A stretch of 60,816 nt of DNA from a virus (lineage: Duplodnaviria > Caudoviricetes): positions 1 to 60,816 of the IMG/VR virus record IMGVR_UViG_3300037882_001949; one strand, given 5' to 3'. The notes under the pieces were generated by a model that saw only the letters and a program-made list of their open reading frames with translations, was not told the origin of the DNA and did not search any database. Positions 29,678 through 39,323 of this stretch are shown piece after piece (positions within the stretch are counted from its first letter, which is position 1; each line of letters starts with the position of its first letter). The position numbers and the translations under genes are program-made.

Positions 29678-30193
29678 TTATGTAAAATATAAATTTGCTT
29701 CAGCTGTTCTACGTCTAATTAAACCTTCTAATTTTAATTTTTCACCTATTTCATCAATTAAACCATCACCATCATCATCTTTAGAATTACGTGTACCATC
29801 ACCACCAAATACCCAAAGTAAAAAGTTATTTTTTATTGTTGGGTCATTACGATTAGTGTTTACTTTTTTTAATAAACTACTTGTTTTTAAAGCATTTGCA
29901 CCTAAATTATAAGTAAAACTTACTAAAGCATTAAATTGATTTTGTGTTAAATTATCATTACATAATGAGTCTACAGCTTTTTCATAAAAGCTAATATCAT
30001 TTTTTAAAAATATTAACGCTTGTTCTTTAGTTATAGCAGTATCTTTTAAACTTACTTTAATTCCAGTAGGATATCTTGTAGTACCATAACCTATTGTTGG
30101 AACATTAGCTGGACATAAATATGGTTTAGACCTAAATCCTTCAAAAGAAGTAATTAGTTCAATTCCTTTATTATCTATTTTAGTTATTTTCAT
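29678..30193 (-). CDS. Endolysin, GH24 lysozyme
   Basis: FEG-FRSKPYLCPANVPTIGYG, QNQFNALVSFTYNLG, GLIRRRTAEA. Confidence 0.95.
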   Translation of the reverse strand: MKITKIDNKGIELITSFEGFRSKPYLCPANVPTIGYGTTRYPTGIKVSLKDTAITKEQALIFLKNDISFYEKAVDSLCNDNLTQNQFNALVSFTYNLGANALKTSSLLKKVNTNRNDPTIKNNFLLWVFGGDGTRNSKDDDGDGLIDEIGEKLKLEGLIRRRTAEANLYFT

Positions 30194-30465
30194 TATTCTA
30201 CTTCTATTCTGGTTTCTTTAGGTAAAATAGCATTAAATTTAAAAAAATTATCTCTATTTTTACCATTTACTAAATTATTACTTACTATATAATTATCAAT
30301 TTTTGATATAATTTGTTCATCAGTTTTTTCAAGTTTTATAATTCTTTTTTCATGGTCTTTAAAACCAGAATTTATTGTACTTATACCATAAATAAAAGAT
30401 GTTAATGCTCCTATAATATATATAACTTCTTTAGTATTAAAAGTTAAATCAAAAAATTTACCCAT
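30193..30465 (-). CDS. Small membrane/coiled-coil protein (holin or antiholin candidate)
   Basis: One TM segment then HEKRIIKLE coil, upstream of the lysozyme. Confidence 0.45.
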   Translation of the reverse strand: MGKFFDLTFNTKEVIYIIGALTSFIYGISTINSGFKDHEKRIIKLEKTDEQIISKIDNYIVSNNLVNGKNRDNFFKFNAILPKETRIEVE

Positions 30466-30469
30466 ACCA

Positions 30470-30703
30470 TTAATCTTTTAATTTGAAATATTGAAATATT
30501 TGTATATTATTATTTAAAAAATTACCACTAATTTCTAAAGTAACATTATGTTTTTTTAAAAAATCTTTCATAATGTTATTATATTCATTAGTTATATTTT
30601 CTAATTTTAAATTATTACTAAGCTCTATAAGTTTTTTAGCTTTTTCAAGATTATTATCTTCAATTATATTTTTTAATTCTTCTTTATTTTCTGTATTTTC
30701 CAT
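30470..30703 (-). CDS. Hypothetical coiled-coil protein (possible fibre chaperone)
   Basis: 77-aa ORF in the operon. Confidence 0.5.
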   Translation of the reverse strand: MENTENKEELKNIIEDNNLEKAKKLIELSNNLKLENITNEYNNIMKDFLKKHNVTLEISGNFLNNNIQIFQYFKLKD

Positions 30704-30712
30704 AATATATAA

Positions 30713-31129
30713 TTAATCAAATTTACTTCCACCAATTTCAGAGGCACGAAATAGAGTAGTTTCTAAAATTAAGCCCCAGTAATTCTGTCCGCTTAAAATT
30801 AAATTATTAAAATGAGTGAATTGACCATCTGCATTTTCATAACCTTCGTCCCCAACGTTTAAAACCTTCATTTCGCTGTTGATTTTTATTTCGTCAGTAG
30901 CGGTTAAATTTCTCTCGTATTTTTGCAATGCAATTGAGTTGTTTATCCTATTCCCATGTTCATCTAAATAATACACATCCCATTTTAAAACTATTTGCTT
31001 TTGCGTTGGGAACGTTTCAATTCCCCTATCTAAAACTAACAATCTTTTAATGTTTGGAATTAAAGGATGCGGGTGGATTTCAATCTCTCCCTTAGTAGCT
31101 AGTCTGTTTATTAAATCTTGTTTTGTCAT
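30713..31129 (-). CDS. Hypothetical protein, possible tail-fibre assembly partner
   Basis: 138 aa directly downstream of the fibre gene and sharing its atypical composition. Confidence 0.5.
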   Translation of the reverse strand: MTKQDLINRLATKGEIEIHPHPLIPNIKRLLVLDRGIETFPTQKQIVLKWDVYYLDEHGNRINNSIALQKYERNLTATDEIKINSEMKVLNVGDEGYENADGQFTHFNNLILSGQNYWGLILETTLFRASEIGGSKFD

Positions 31130-31130
31130 G

Positions 31131-32282
31131 TTATACCAAAGTGAATGTTTTTGTTACCCCATTAACCCTTGCCTTATAGTCAGTTCCATCGAACCACACA
31201 TCTCCATTTATAGGTGAGGATGGAGCTACACCGATAGGGACATTAAGCGAAGCTCTGCCAGAAGTGCTTGCTGATAACGTTGCCTTGCCGTTAACAAAAT
31301 TAAAATAACCAATTGATGAATTCATGTGAGCTTCTATAAACATAGATGTGCTTGCGTTTAATCGTGAAGAAAAACTACTTGTTCCTGTGGCCGTTCCAGC
31401 AAATCCAAACTCAAAGGCTGCTATAGCTCCACTTGGTAAAGATGGAGACGCCGTGTTGTAAAATGCAAAAGATTCACTAGCTGGTCCTATTCTATATCTT
31501 GATGTGGAAATTGCTCCGCTGGCACCCTGTCCTACTGATAATATTGTGCCATTGTAAGCTAAATTACCAGAATCAATAGCTCTACCGTTTGTGGTCGTAA
31601 AGACAATTCTGCCACTTGTTAACGGTGTGTCGGCTAATACAAAATCTTTACGCGAATTTCCGCTAGTTATTACACCAGTGAATTTATCTCCAAAGAAATT
31701 AATCTTACCGGCAATAGCCGTGTCAGGTGCTGCGCTGGTTAATTGTATTACATTTCCTACTGAAAGAATATTGTTAGTAAAAGTTAAATTAGGAGAACTA
31801 ACTATTTTTTCATTAACATTACCAAAACCAATTTCTGTATTTTTTAATTTTATATTAATATTTTCTAAATCTAAAATATTATTAATATTTAAATTTTGAT
31901 AATCTTTAGCTTGTATTTTTAATATATAAATTAAAGCAACAGGATAACTACTTGGAGTACCAGTGAGCACAAAATCCCCCAACGTATTAAAACTGGTGAC
32001 ATCCACATCAACTCCACCACTTGTTTTTGGAAAAATACCCGCAGGTTGTCCGTTTTGGATTGTACTAACGTAGGCATCAATCCCTCCGAAGAATTGGTCA
32101 ACAAGAATTGTTGAGTTTGTGGGTTTTGTAATTGTTCCCGTTGAATTGTTAATTTCTGTAAAATATGTGATTTTATATTCATTTTCTTCAAGATAGGTTA
32201 CTCTTTCATCTAATAAAGGGTCTATCCCAGATGAAGCCAAGCTCCATATTCTACGAGGTTCCTTAATTAAACTTTGACCCAT
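31131..32282 (-). CDS. Tail fibre / receptor-binding protein
   Basis: Gly/Ser/Thr-rich beta repeats; C-terminal GVAPSSPINGDVWFDGT motif. Confidence 0.7.
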   Translation of the reverse strand: MGQSLIKEPRRIWSLASSGIDPLLDERVTYLEENEYKITYFTEINNSTGTITKPTNSTILVDQFFGGIDAYVSTIQNGQPAGIFPKTSGGVDVDVTSFNTLGDFVLTGTPSSYPVALIYILKIQAKDYQNLNINNILDLENINIKLKNTEIGFGNVNEKIVSSPNLTFTNNILSVGNVIQLTSAAPDTAIAGKINFFGDKFTGVITSGNSRKDFVLADTPLTSGRIVFTTTNGRAIDSGNLAYNGTILSVGQGASGAISTSRYRIGPASESFAFYNTASPSLPSGAIAAFEFGFAGTATGTSSFSSRLNASTSMFIEAHMNSSIGYFNFVNGKATLSASTSGRASLNVPIGVAPSSPINGDVWFDGTDYKARVNGVTKTFTLV

Positions 32283-32284
32283 AA

Positions 32285-32629
32285 TTATTTATAATATTGT
32301 ACGTGTAAAATTGTAATTCCTGATTGTACTCTTGTAATCCTAAAATTAATAAGATTTTGATAACCTACTATATCTATAACATCTAAAGAATTTAAACCTA
32401 TACCATCTGTTGTTGTTGGTTGAGTACCTGAACTACCTAATAAAAGGTGTCTTGAAGCAATTCCTGTATCTAAAGATTCAAGTTTCAATTCTGCATATTT
32501 AACACCATTAGGTACTGTTAAAGATTTAACTGTACCATCAACTGTTAATTTTTGATAAGCACAAGCTACTAATACTTTTTTATTTAAATTTATTAATTCT
32601 TGTAAATATGATTTTGATTGGTCTGACAT
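32285..32629 (-). CDS. Small beta-rich structural protein
   Basis: 114 aa; GTQPTTTDGIGL motif. Confidence 0.55.
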   Translation of the reverse strand: MSDQSKSYLQELINLNKKVLVACAYQKLTVDGTVKSLTVPNGVKYAELKLESLDTGIASRHLLLGSSGTQPTTTDGIGLNSLDVIDIVGYQNLINFRITRVQSGITILHVQYYK

Positions 32630-32640
32630 TTTATTATATT

Positions 32641-32916
32641 TTATTCACAATTACATAATTCACAATAAGTAATTGCTCTGTTATAAATTTTATTGAACTC
32701 TGTTTTACTTAGACAATTAATACTATTTTCTGTTGTATTATATTTAAGTAATAATTCTATAGTGTCGTTTAATATTAAAATATCATTAAAAACGTCTTTA
32801 TAATTTTTATTACTATATAGTTTATTTGTTACTAAAAAATTAGTTTTATTTGAAGAACAACATTTGAGTCTTTGAATATTCAAAGACAAATCTTCAATAT
32901 TTGTTAATAGACTCAT
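32641..32916 (-). CDS. Cys-rich small structural protein (tail hub-like)
   Basis: 91 aa; NCLS..E...I....C..CNC pattern. Confidence 0.5.
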   Translation of the reverse strand: MSLLTNIEDLSLNIQRLKCCSSNKTNFLVTNKLYSNKNYKDVFNDILILNDTIELLLKYNTTENSINCLSKTEFNKIYNRAITYCELCNCE

Positions 32917-32922
32917 ATATTA

Positions 32923-33741
32923 TTAAGGTAATGTTGCTAAGTAAGCTTTTAGATCAACAGCTGTTATAAATTCATACCCTGTATCAGTACTATTTCTTAT
33001 TAATATAGAATATGCACCATTACCTTCAGCAGGTATTAAGTTACCATCTGTTGTTTCGTACATAAAAGAATCAGCTCCTTTAACACCTCCTGGTGAAACA
33101 ATTGAGGGTGGTTGTAATATAGGAGTATTACCTGTATATTGTAAATCTAAAACTTCAATAATTGTACCGCTAACTATACTTGTAATCTTGTAATAACCAG
33201 AATTTTCTATATATAATATTTGACCTACACCCATCCATGATGTTCTAACAACAACTAATTCATAAATATCACCTCCCAGAGGTGTTGATGATACTATTGT
33301 TGTATAAGCATTTATACCATTAGGTCCAGGAGATCCTGTTGAGCCAGTTGCTCCTGTAGCTCCAGCACTACCTGTTTGACCAACTTCTCCACATATTGAT
33401 ATAGTCCAATCATTATGTGTTCCAGAACCTTTAGTATAATCTATATTAACTGTTATTAAATTTCCTGAAATAGCTGTTATAGGACCTTCTAAAACTTTAC
33501 TTCCATCATTAGATGAAAATCTTATTCTTTGACCTAAAGTATATGTTAAAGAAAGATTAGATGTAAAATTTTTAGAGCCAGTAGTTAGAAATTGAGGGGT
33601 TGTTGAAGAGCCTATTATTAAAGGTGATGTACCATTAGTACCATTAGTACCAGCAGAACCTTGAGGCCCTTGTGGGCCAACTGGACCTTGTGGACCAGAA
33701 AATATTGTTGTTGAATTTAAATTATCGTTACAGTCACACAT
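32923..33741 (-). CDS. Collagen-repeat fibre protein
   Basis: GPQGPVGPQGPQG and GATGATGSTG Gly-X-Y tracts. Confidence 0.8.
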   Translation of the reverse strand: MCDCNDNLNSTTIFSGPQGPVGPQGPQGSAGTNGTNGTSPLIIGSSTTPQFLTTGSKNFTSNLSLTYTLGQRIRFSSNDGSKVLEGPITAISGNLITVNIDYTKGSGTHNDWTISICGEVGQTGSAGATGATGSTGSPGPNGINAYTTIVSSTPLGGDIYELVVVRTSWMGVGQILYIENSGYYKITSIVSGTIIEVLDLQYTGNTPILQPPSIVSPGGVKGADSFMYETTDGNLIPAEGNGAYSILIRNSTDTGYEFITAVDLKAYLATLP

Positions 33742-33748
33742 TAGTATA

Positions 33749-34333
33749 TTAATTACAAGTATTACAATTTATATTTTTACAAAGTTTGTTTATTTCTTTT
33801 TTAATATTATTAAAGTTATTTTCATTAAAACATTCTGCTGAGTTTATTAAAGATGCTAATAATACTTTAACTTGTGTATAAGTATCCATTTTTTCTTTAT
33901 TTTCTTTTTTAAATAGATTATCTGTTAAATCTATTTTAGATAACATTTTATCAGCACAACATTTTGAATTACAATAAAAATAATAAGATATATTATAGGT
34001 AAATGTATTATTATTATCATCTAACAAAGTATACATAAATTCCCAATAACCATCTTCAATAGAAGTTCTTTCTAAATCTTCTAAATTAATAGTGTATTTT
34101 AAATCTTTATTTGTTGTTGGAAAATCTCCTGTACCAAATAAGTCTATTGTATATTCATTATTTGAAGGTGATATTACCTTTAAATTAGCTGATACAAAAT
34201 CATTTATTTCAGGATTAGGTGTTCCATAACCACCTACAGTTGTTTGAGAATTATATATCCCTGTTATATCACTAAAAGTTAAAGTGGTACAATCAGAAGC
34301 TAAACATATTTTTATTTTAGGAGATAAAGCCAT
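33749..34333 (-). CDS. Structural protein (tail hub-like)
   Basis: DITGIY...GGYGTPNP, IEDGYWEF motifs, Cys-rich C-terminus. Confidence 0.55.
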   Translation of the reverse strand: MALSPKIKICLASDCTTLTFSDITGIYNSQTTVGGYGTPNPEINDFVSANLKVISPSNNEYTIDLFGTGDFPTTNKDLKYTINLEDLERTSIEDGYWEFMYTLLDDNNNTFTYNISYYFYCNSKCCADKMLSKIDLTDNLFKKENKEKMDTYTQVKVLLASLINSAECFNENNFNNIKKEINKLCKNINCNTCN

Positions 34334-34349
34334 ATTAATTATTTAAAAA

Positions 34350-34384
34350 CTCTAACCGTAATATTTTACTATTACAGTTAGAGT
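34350..34384 (-). terminator. Terminator hairpin after the 34407 gene
   Basis: ACTCTAAC-CGTAAT...ATTAC-AGTTAGAGT inverted repeat with a T-tract on the minus strand. Confidence 0.5.
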
Positions 34385-34406
34385 ATATAACAAAAGGATA
34401 AAAGTA

Positions 34407-35675
34407 TTATATTGATATATTAGCAAAAGCTCTAGGAGTACTTGTCATCCAAGCATCAAGAATAGCTTTCACATCTGTTCCTGTAGAAGATAGTGTTGTA
34501 TAAGCACCATTAGTATTAATAGCTGGAAAAGCTAAAATAACTGATTTATTAGATATTACAGATACTCCTGTTGGTGTATTAATTGAATCATTGTATTCAA
34601 TAACAACCAAGTCGTATTTATATCTAACTTTAACAGCAGCAGTAGATAAAGCACTTGTTAAAACTGATGTTAAAACAGCTACTGTTGAACTTACAAAATA
34701 TTTAATTTCATAATTAACACCACCTAATTCAACTTTTTCACCTTCTCTAAGTATAGCAGCTACTGATGCACTAAATGTTACTCTATCTTCACCTGAAGTA
34801 CCAGTAACAGTTGGAACAATAGCAGCACTAAGTATAAAGTTACTAGTTGAGCTATAATCCAATACTGGTATAGGCCATAATCTGCGATTTACAACACCTT
34901 CTGTTCCAAATTCAAAATTTTCTATAGTATAAACTTCATCATAAGTACCATTACCATAAGAAAATGCTTGAATCTGTGTACAGGTTGTACTTGTACCAAA
35001 ACCACTAGCATCATTTACATGTGTTGAAAAATAAACCTTATTAGGTGTATAAGTTGTATTTTGAAATTGATTTACATCTTTAGACCATATTTCAACACCA
35101 TAATCAGTTGCTCCAGTTACACCATAAACACCTGTTCCATTACCTACAACAATAGCTGTAATTTGTGATTTAAAAGAGCTGTTATTAATAGTATTTGCTG
35201 TTTGTGTAGCAATGCTTAATTGAGTTGCTGTAGGAGATGATTGAAAATGAAAACTAGGTGCTTCTGGTCTTTCAGAATACAAACCTTTATCATTTTTAAA
35301 TCTGATTATAAAATTATAATCTACATCTGGTGCAACTTCAATACTACCAGAAGCTGATTTACGATTATAACCTATTGACCATACTTCTCTTTGAGAAGGT
35401 TTATAAGAACTACCTTTATAGGTAATTACTGAACTACCATTAATCTTGGTAGATTTTTTAGTATATGATACACCATTACTATCTGTTTTACTTTCAACAA
35501 TAAAAATTGAAGGTTGAGTAGTAATGTTATCATTACCAGCAGGATCTAAAGCTGTCCAATCTGAACCATATATACCAATTTTACCTGTTGTACAAGCAGT
35601 AATCGCTGAGTTATTAGCTGGTAATGCTGTACCATCACTAATAAAAATGTTTCTAACTTTGTGTAAATTATTCAT
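34407..35675 (-). CDS. Conserved crAss structural protein (auxiliary capsid-like)
   Basis: 422 aa, beta-rich, in the capsid gene block. Confidence 0.6.
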   Translation of the reverse strand: MNNLHKVRNIFISDGTALPANNSAITACTTGKIGIYGSDWTALDPAGNDNITTQPSIFIVESKTDSNGVSYTKKSTKINGSSVITYKGSSYKPSQREVWSIGYNRKSASGSIEVAPDVDYNFIIRFKNDKGLYSERPEAPSFHFQSSPTATQLSIATQTANTINNSSFKSQITAIVVGNGTGVYGVTGATDYGVEIWSKDVNQFQNTTYTPNKVYFSTHVNDASGFGTSTTCTQIQAFSYGNGTYDEVYTIENFEFGTEGVVNRRLWPIPVLDYSSTSNFILSAAIVPTVTGTSGEDRVTFSASVAAILREGEKVELGGVNYEIKYFVSSTVAVLTSVLTSALSTAAVKVRYKYDLVVIEYNDSINTPTGVSVISNKSVILAFPAINTNGAYTTLSSTGTDVKAILDAWMTSTPRAFANISI

Positions 35676-35719
35676 TTGTTTTTTAAGTTTGTAATTTTAT
35701 TTTTAATTTATTTAATTAA

Positions 35720-36178
35720 TTATGATAATATTGTAAATGATATTTTTAATGTTCCTGCTAAAGCATTTGATGTATGAATATTCATTATATTCAGAACAAA
35801 ACTTCCTGAACTAGGAGTTACATTCAATAGTATTGGATATCCATTAGTTAAAAGAGTTCCTGAATAACCTGTAATTGTTGCTAATATAACACTATTAGAT
35901 TTTACAGAATTGTTGGTTACAGTGAAAGCTGTAGCAGTACCACCTGCTAAAGTTGAGCTAACAGTTGTAATTGTACCAGAAGCTTTATTTAAAGTAACAC
36001 CTGTTGTAATTGATGTTATTTGAGTAACAACACCTGTAGATAATGTTAATTTACCTTCGGTATCTGTAATTGAATTTAACCTTGTTATAATTTCATCTAT
36101 TTTACTAGAATAAATCCTAGCATTTGTAATTAATGTACCTAAAAAATATTTAGGATTTATTTTTGCTAATACGCTCAT
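35720..36178 (-). CDS. Head fibre/decoration protein
   Basis: VTQITSITTGVTLNKASGTITT motif. Confidence 0.6.
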   Translation of the reverse strand: MSVLAKINPKYFLGTLITNARIYSSKIDEIITRLNSITDTEGKLTLSTGVVTQITSITTGVTLNKASGTITTVSSTLAGGTATAFTVTNNSVKSNSVILATITGYSGTLLTNGYPILLNVTPSSGSFVLNIMNIHTSNALAGTLKISFTILS

Positions 36179-36194
36179 TTATTTAAATTTTTTA

Positions 36195-36926
36195 TTATTC
36201 GTTAGTGTTAATAATTTTTTGATAAGTACCTAGTCTTTTTGCTTCTATACCTTCTAATGCTATATCTACCATTAAATCTACAATTTCATCATGTGTATGT
36301 TCAGATAATTGAAATGTTTGATTATCTTGTAAACTAACAGTTAATGGTTTACTTATGTATCTAATTGTAAAATAATTTAAAATACAATTATCAGGTAATA
36401 TTAATTCTGCATAATTTTTATACATTAGTCTTAGTATTTTAGTATAATCAGCATTCTTAAAAGGATCTGTTATAATTTTATCTAATTCATAATGTTGTAT
36501 AGGTCTTACTTCAACTCTAATACCATCAGTTATAGTTGATGTTGAAGGTTCTCCAGGAGAGTTGTTAGATATTTTTATTTGTTCATTACAAATATTACAT
36601 ACTATAATAGCTCTTTCATTTATTGTAAAGAAATGATCTTCTGGTAATTGTGCAAATACAGAATTATAATCTATATTTTCAGTACTTTTATTAATTATAG
36701 CTAAAGTTTCATTTTTTAATATGTTCTTTAAATCTTCAGTTCTTTTTTGGTCTTCTTCAAAAGAAGTTCTTTTATTATTGTTAATACCATATCTTTGTTT
36801 AATAAATCTAATTTGAGCTTGATTAGCTATTAAATCTATTTCTTCAGGTTCAAAATTAGGATAATTTAAACTATCCAATTTATCTAACCTAAATTTAAAA
36901 TTAGTATGAACATCAGAGATTGTCAA
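36195..36926 (-). CDS. Head-tail ring/adaptor protein (TTG start)
   Basis: LDKLDS..YPNFEPEEID, FEEDQKRTEDL, HTHDEIVDLMV motifs. Confidence 0.7.
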   Translation of the reverse strand: MTISDVHTNFKFRLDKLDSLNYPNFEPEEIDLIANQAQIRFIKQRYGINNNKRTSFEEDQKRTEDLKNILKNETLAIINKSTENIDYNSVFAQLPEDHFFTINERAIIVCNICNEQIKISNNSPGEPSTSTITDGIRVEVRPIQHYELDKIITDPFKNADYTKILRLMYKNYAELILPDNCILNYFTIRYISKPLTVSLQDNQTFQLSEHTHDEIVDLMVDIALEGIEAKRLGTYQKIINTNE

Positions 36927-36938
36927 GATTATTAATTT

Positions 36939-37742
36939 TTATTTTTTTAATTTTTTAAGTTTAGTTTCTAATGTTAATCTTTCAGTTTGATTTTTAATAT
37001 CATTGAAATATTCAACACCTTCATTAATACTACTTGCTATAGTATCATCACCATATTTAATTGAATTACCTTTTCTAGTTAATAGTTTTTTCTCTAGTAA
37101 TTCATAAATAAAGATTTTAGTTTTAAGTTCTTTATCTGTAATAATGTCAAAAAACTGTTTAGGATTTTTCTTCATTTCTTCCATTAATTGTAGTTGAGCA
37201 ACATCTGTAGTCATTAATTCAGTACTAAACTTATTAAACATTTTTAGAGTTCCTTTAACTTCTTCTGGAGTTAATGATAGTATTTTTTTCATACCTTCTA
37301 ATTCAAAGTTTAGAGATTGTAAACCAGCTTTAGCTTTAGCTTCTTCATCATCAATGAAGAATATAACATTAGGTTTATTTCTTTCAAGTTCTGAATTAGC
37401 AACATCTGAATGAGCTAGAATAACTTTATACTTTAACTCATTTGTAACATTGTCTAAAAATAGTTCTGTTGTTTTAGTAGAATTTAATCTAATTGTATAT
37501 TGAGGTGATGAATTAAAAACTTCATTCCACCAATTACTATGTTTAGATAACTCTCCAGCTTTTAAACCTAGTTTTTCTTCATAATACCTCTCCTCATTTT
37601 CAGTTAAACCAGTGTTATAATGACCTTTACTGTTAAGTTGACAGGTTATAACATATGTTGATTTAGGGTAGGCATATAATCCAAAATATCCAGATTTAGG
37701 ATTCCTTTTAATTTTAATTACTTTAGGTTGTTCAACTTCCAT
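36939..37742 (-). CDS. Conserved crAss virion protein downstream of the MCP
   Basis: TGLTENEERYYEEKLG motif; synteny with the MCP. Confidence 0.65.
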   Translation of the reverse strand: MEVEQPKVIKIKRNPKSGYFGLYAYPKSTYVITCQLNSKGHYNTGLTENEERYYEEKLGLKAGELSKHSNWWNEVFNSSPQYTIRLNSTKTTELFLDNVTNELKYKVILAHSDVANSELERNKPNVIFFIDDEEAKAKAGLQSLNFELEGMKKILSLTPEEVKGTLKMFNKFSTELMTTDVAQLQLMEEMKKNPKQFFDIITDKELKTKIFIYELLEKKLLTRKGNSIKYGDDTIASSINEGVEYFNDIKNQTERLTLETKLKKLKK

Positions 37743-37788
37743 TTTACTTTTATCTTTTTGTTTACTTTTATACTTATGTTTTTAAAAT

Positions 37789-37812
37789 AAAGGGTGTTAA
37801 GGTACACCCTTT
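37789..37812 (-). terminator. Terminator after the major capsid gene
   Basis: AAAGGGTG...CACCCTTT inverted repeat. Confidence 0.7.
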
Positions 37813-37833
37813 AAAACCTTTTAATATATTTTA

Positions 37834-39291
37834 TTAAGACATATTTTCAACGTCCAAAATCATTTGACCTGCGTCTGTAGGGTCTTTAATCATAATACCA
37901 CATTCACTTAACACATGGAATTCATAACCATCTACAGGTGAACTTGAAGTACCATTTTTCTTCATACCAAAAGGTGAACATAATCCTTCAATATAAGTTG
38001 AAGCCATTTCTCTACCGTTATGATATACCTTCATTACATTAGATTCACCATTAGAGTTCATCTTAAAGTTCAAGAAAGTAGCTTTATATGATTCTGCTGG
38101 TTTACCTGTTTGAGGGTGTAATTGTCTATTTCTAACAACATTGTTATATAATGGACATTCTTTTAATGTAATCTTATCACCATTCAAACCAACATAAGTT
38201 TTAAACTGAGCTCCTAAAGTTAATTCCTGACCTGAACCAGTAATAAATTTAGTATCAATCAAGTTAAAATTACTAGCTGAACGTTTCATTGCTTGGTCAA
38301 ACAAATTCATGAATTGACGTCCACAAAGAGCTACATATTCTCTAGGTCCATCTTCGGTGCCATTATAAGACAAATCATCCATGAAATCACGAATAGTTTG
38401 TTCTGTAAGATTTGTATACTTACGTTTATTAGCTGGTGCAATTTGTTCTTCAAGACCTGCTCCTGAATAAATGGGATTTCCTGAAACACCTTTCATGTTA
38501 GTGATACCATTTTTATTAACGTTACCCTTACCATAAATATAAGCAATCTCCATTTCATCCATCCATTGTGCCCAGAATTCCCACTCAGCATACTTAACCC
38601 AAGTGTAAGAAGTTTCTTCACCTTCAGGATTCATAATACCAATTTTAAGAACTTTAGCTTGAGCAGCCCCTGATACAGAATACATTTTTCTAAATGTAGT
38701 CATGTAATTCTCCATCATAAATGGTGTAGCATAGGTTGTATCACCAGATGTTCTTGAATGGTCATGTTCAACAATGTTATAATCTTTTGATAATTCTTTA
38801 CCAACAGCTAATAATGATTGTGGTACATATAAAGTAGGGTCTTTTGTAACTAACTGTAAAGTATATACAAAATCATTACCATCTTGATATGGTTCATCCA
38901 TAACCCTTAATGAATACTGAGTATCATCAGGTACTAAAACGTCACCTAAGCTAAACCATTTCTCAGGTAAACCTACCCTAAAACTTGTTTGTGAAATACC
39001 AGGAGTAGAACCACCATCATTATATGTTGATTGAGCTATTGATATAGGTACAGCTTTTTGACTATCGCCCATTAATGGCCAACGATAAACAATGTTATCT
39101 AATCCTTTAGTTCTACCTGTACCAGATGTTAAGAAGGATAGTGCGTTTTTATAACCATTCATTTTGTTATATACACGTACAATTACTTCAGAAGCCATTG
39201 CTGGTTCAGTTAAAAAGAAATTTGCTAAATGTGTTGCTTCGGTAAGACCTGTATGCCAATTACCTTGACTTATTGCTAATTCTAATTGCAT
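37834..39291 (-). CDS. Major capsid protein (HK97 fold, crAss-like)
   Basis: 485 aa; GLTEATHL, MENYMTTFRK, IYSGAGLEEQI, HPQTGKPAESY, SSPVDGYEFH motifs; portal-scaffold-MCP order. Confidence 0.88.
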   Translation of the reverse strand: MQLELAISQGNWHTGLTEATHLANFFLTEPAMASEVIVRVYNKMNGYKNALSFLTSGTGRTKGLDNIVYRWPLMGDSQKAVPISIAQSTYNDGGSTPGISQTSFRVGLPEKWFSLGDVLVPDDTQYSLRVMDEPYQDGNDFVYTLQLVTKDPTLYVPQSLLAVGKELSKDYNIVEHDHSRTSGDTTYATPFMMENYMTTFRKMYSVSGAAQAKVLKIGIMNPEGEETSYTWVKYAEWEFWAQWMDEMEIAYIYGKGNVNKNGITNMKGVSGNPIYSGAGLEEQIAPANKRKYTNLTEQTIRDFMDDLSYNGTEDGPREYVALCGRQFMNLFDQAMKRSASNFNLIDTKFITGSGQELTLGAQFKTYVGLNGDKITLKECPLYNNVVRNRQLHPQTGKPAESYKATFLNFKMNSNGESNVMKVYHNGREMASTYIEGLCSPFGMKKNGTSSSPVDGYEFHVLSECGIMIKDPTDAGQMILDVENMS

Positions 39292-39323
39292 TTTTAATTT
39301 TTTATTTTAAGTTTATAAATTTA

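Noticed and set aside
33330-33700. Short tandem repeats as a possible array
   Set aside because: They encode collagen Gly-X-Y triplets
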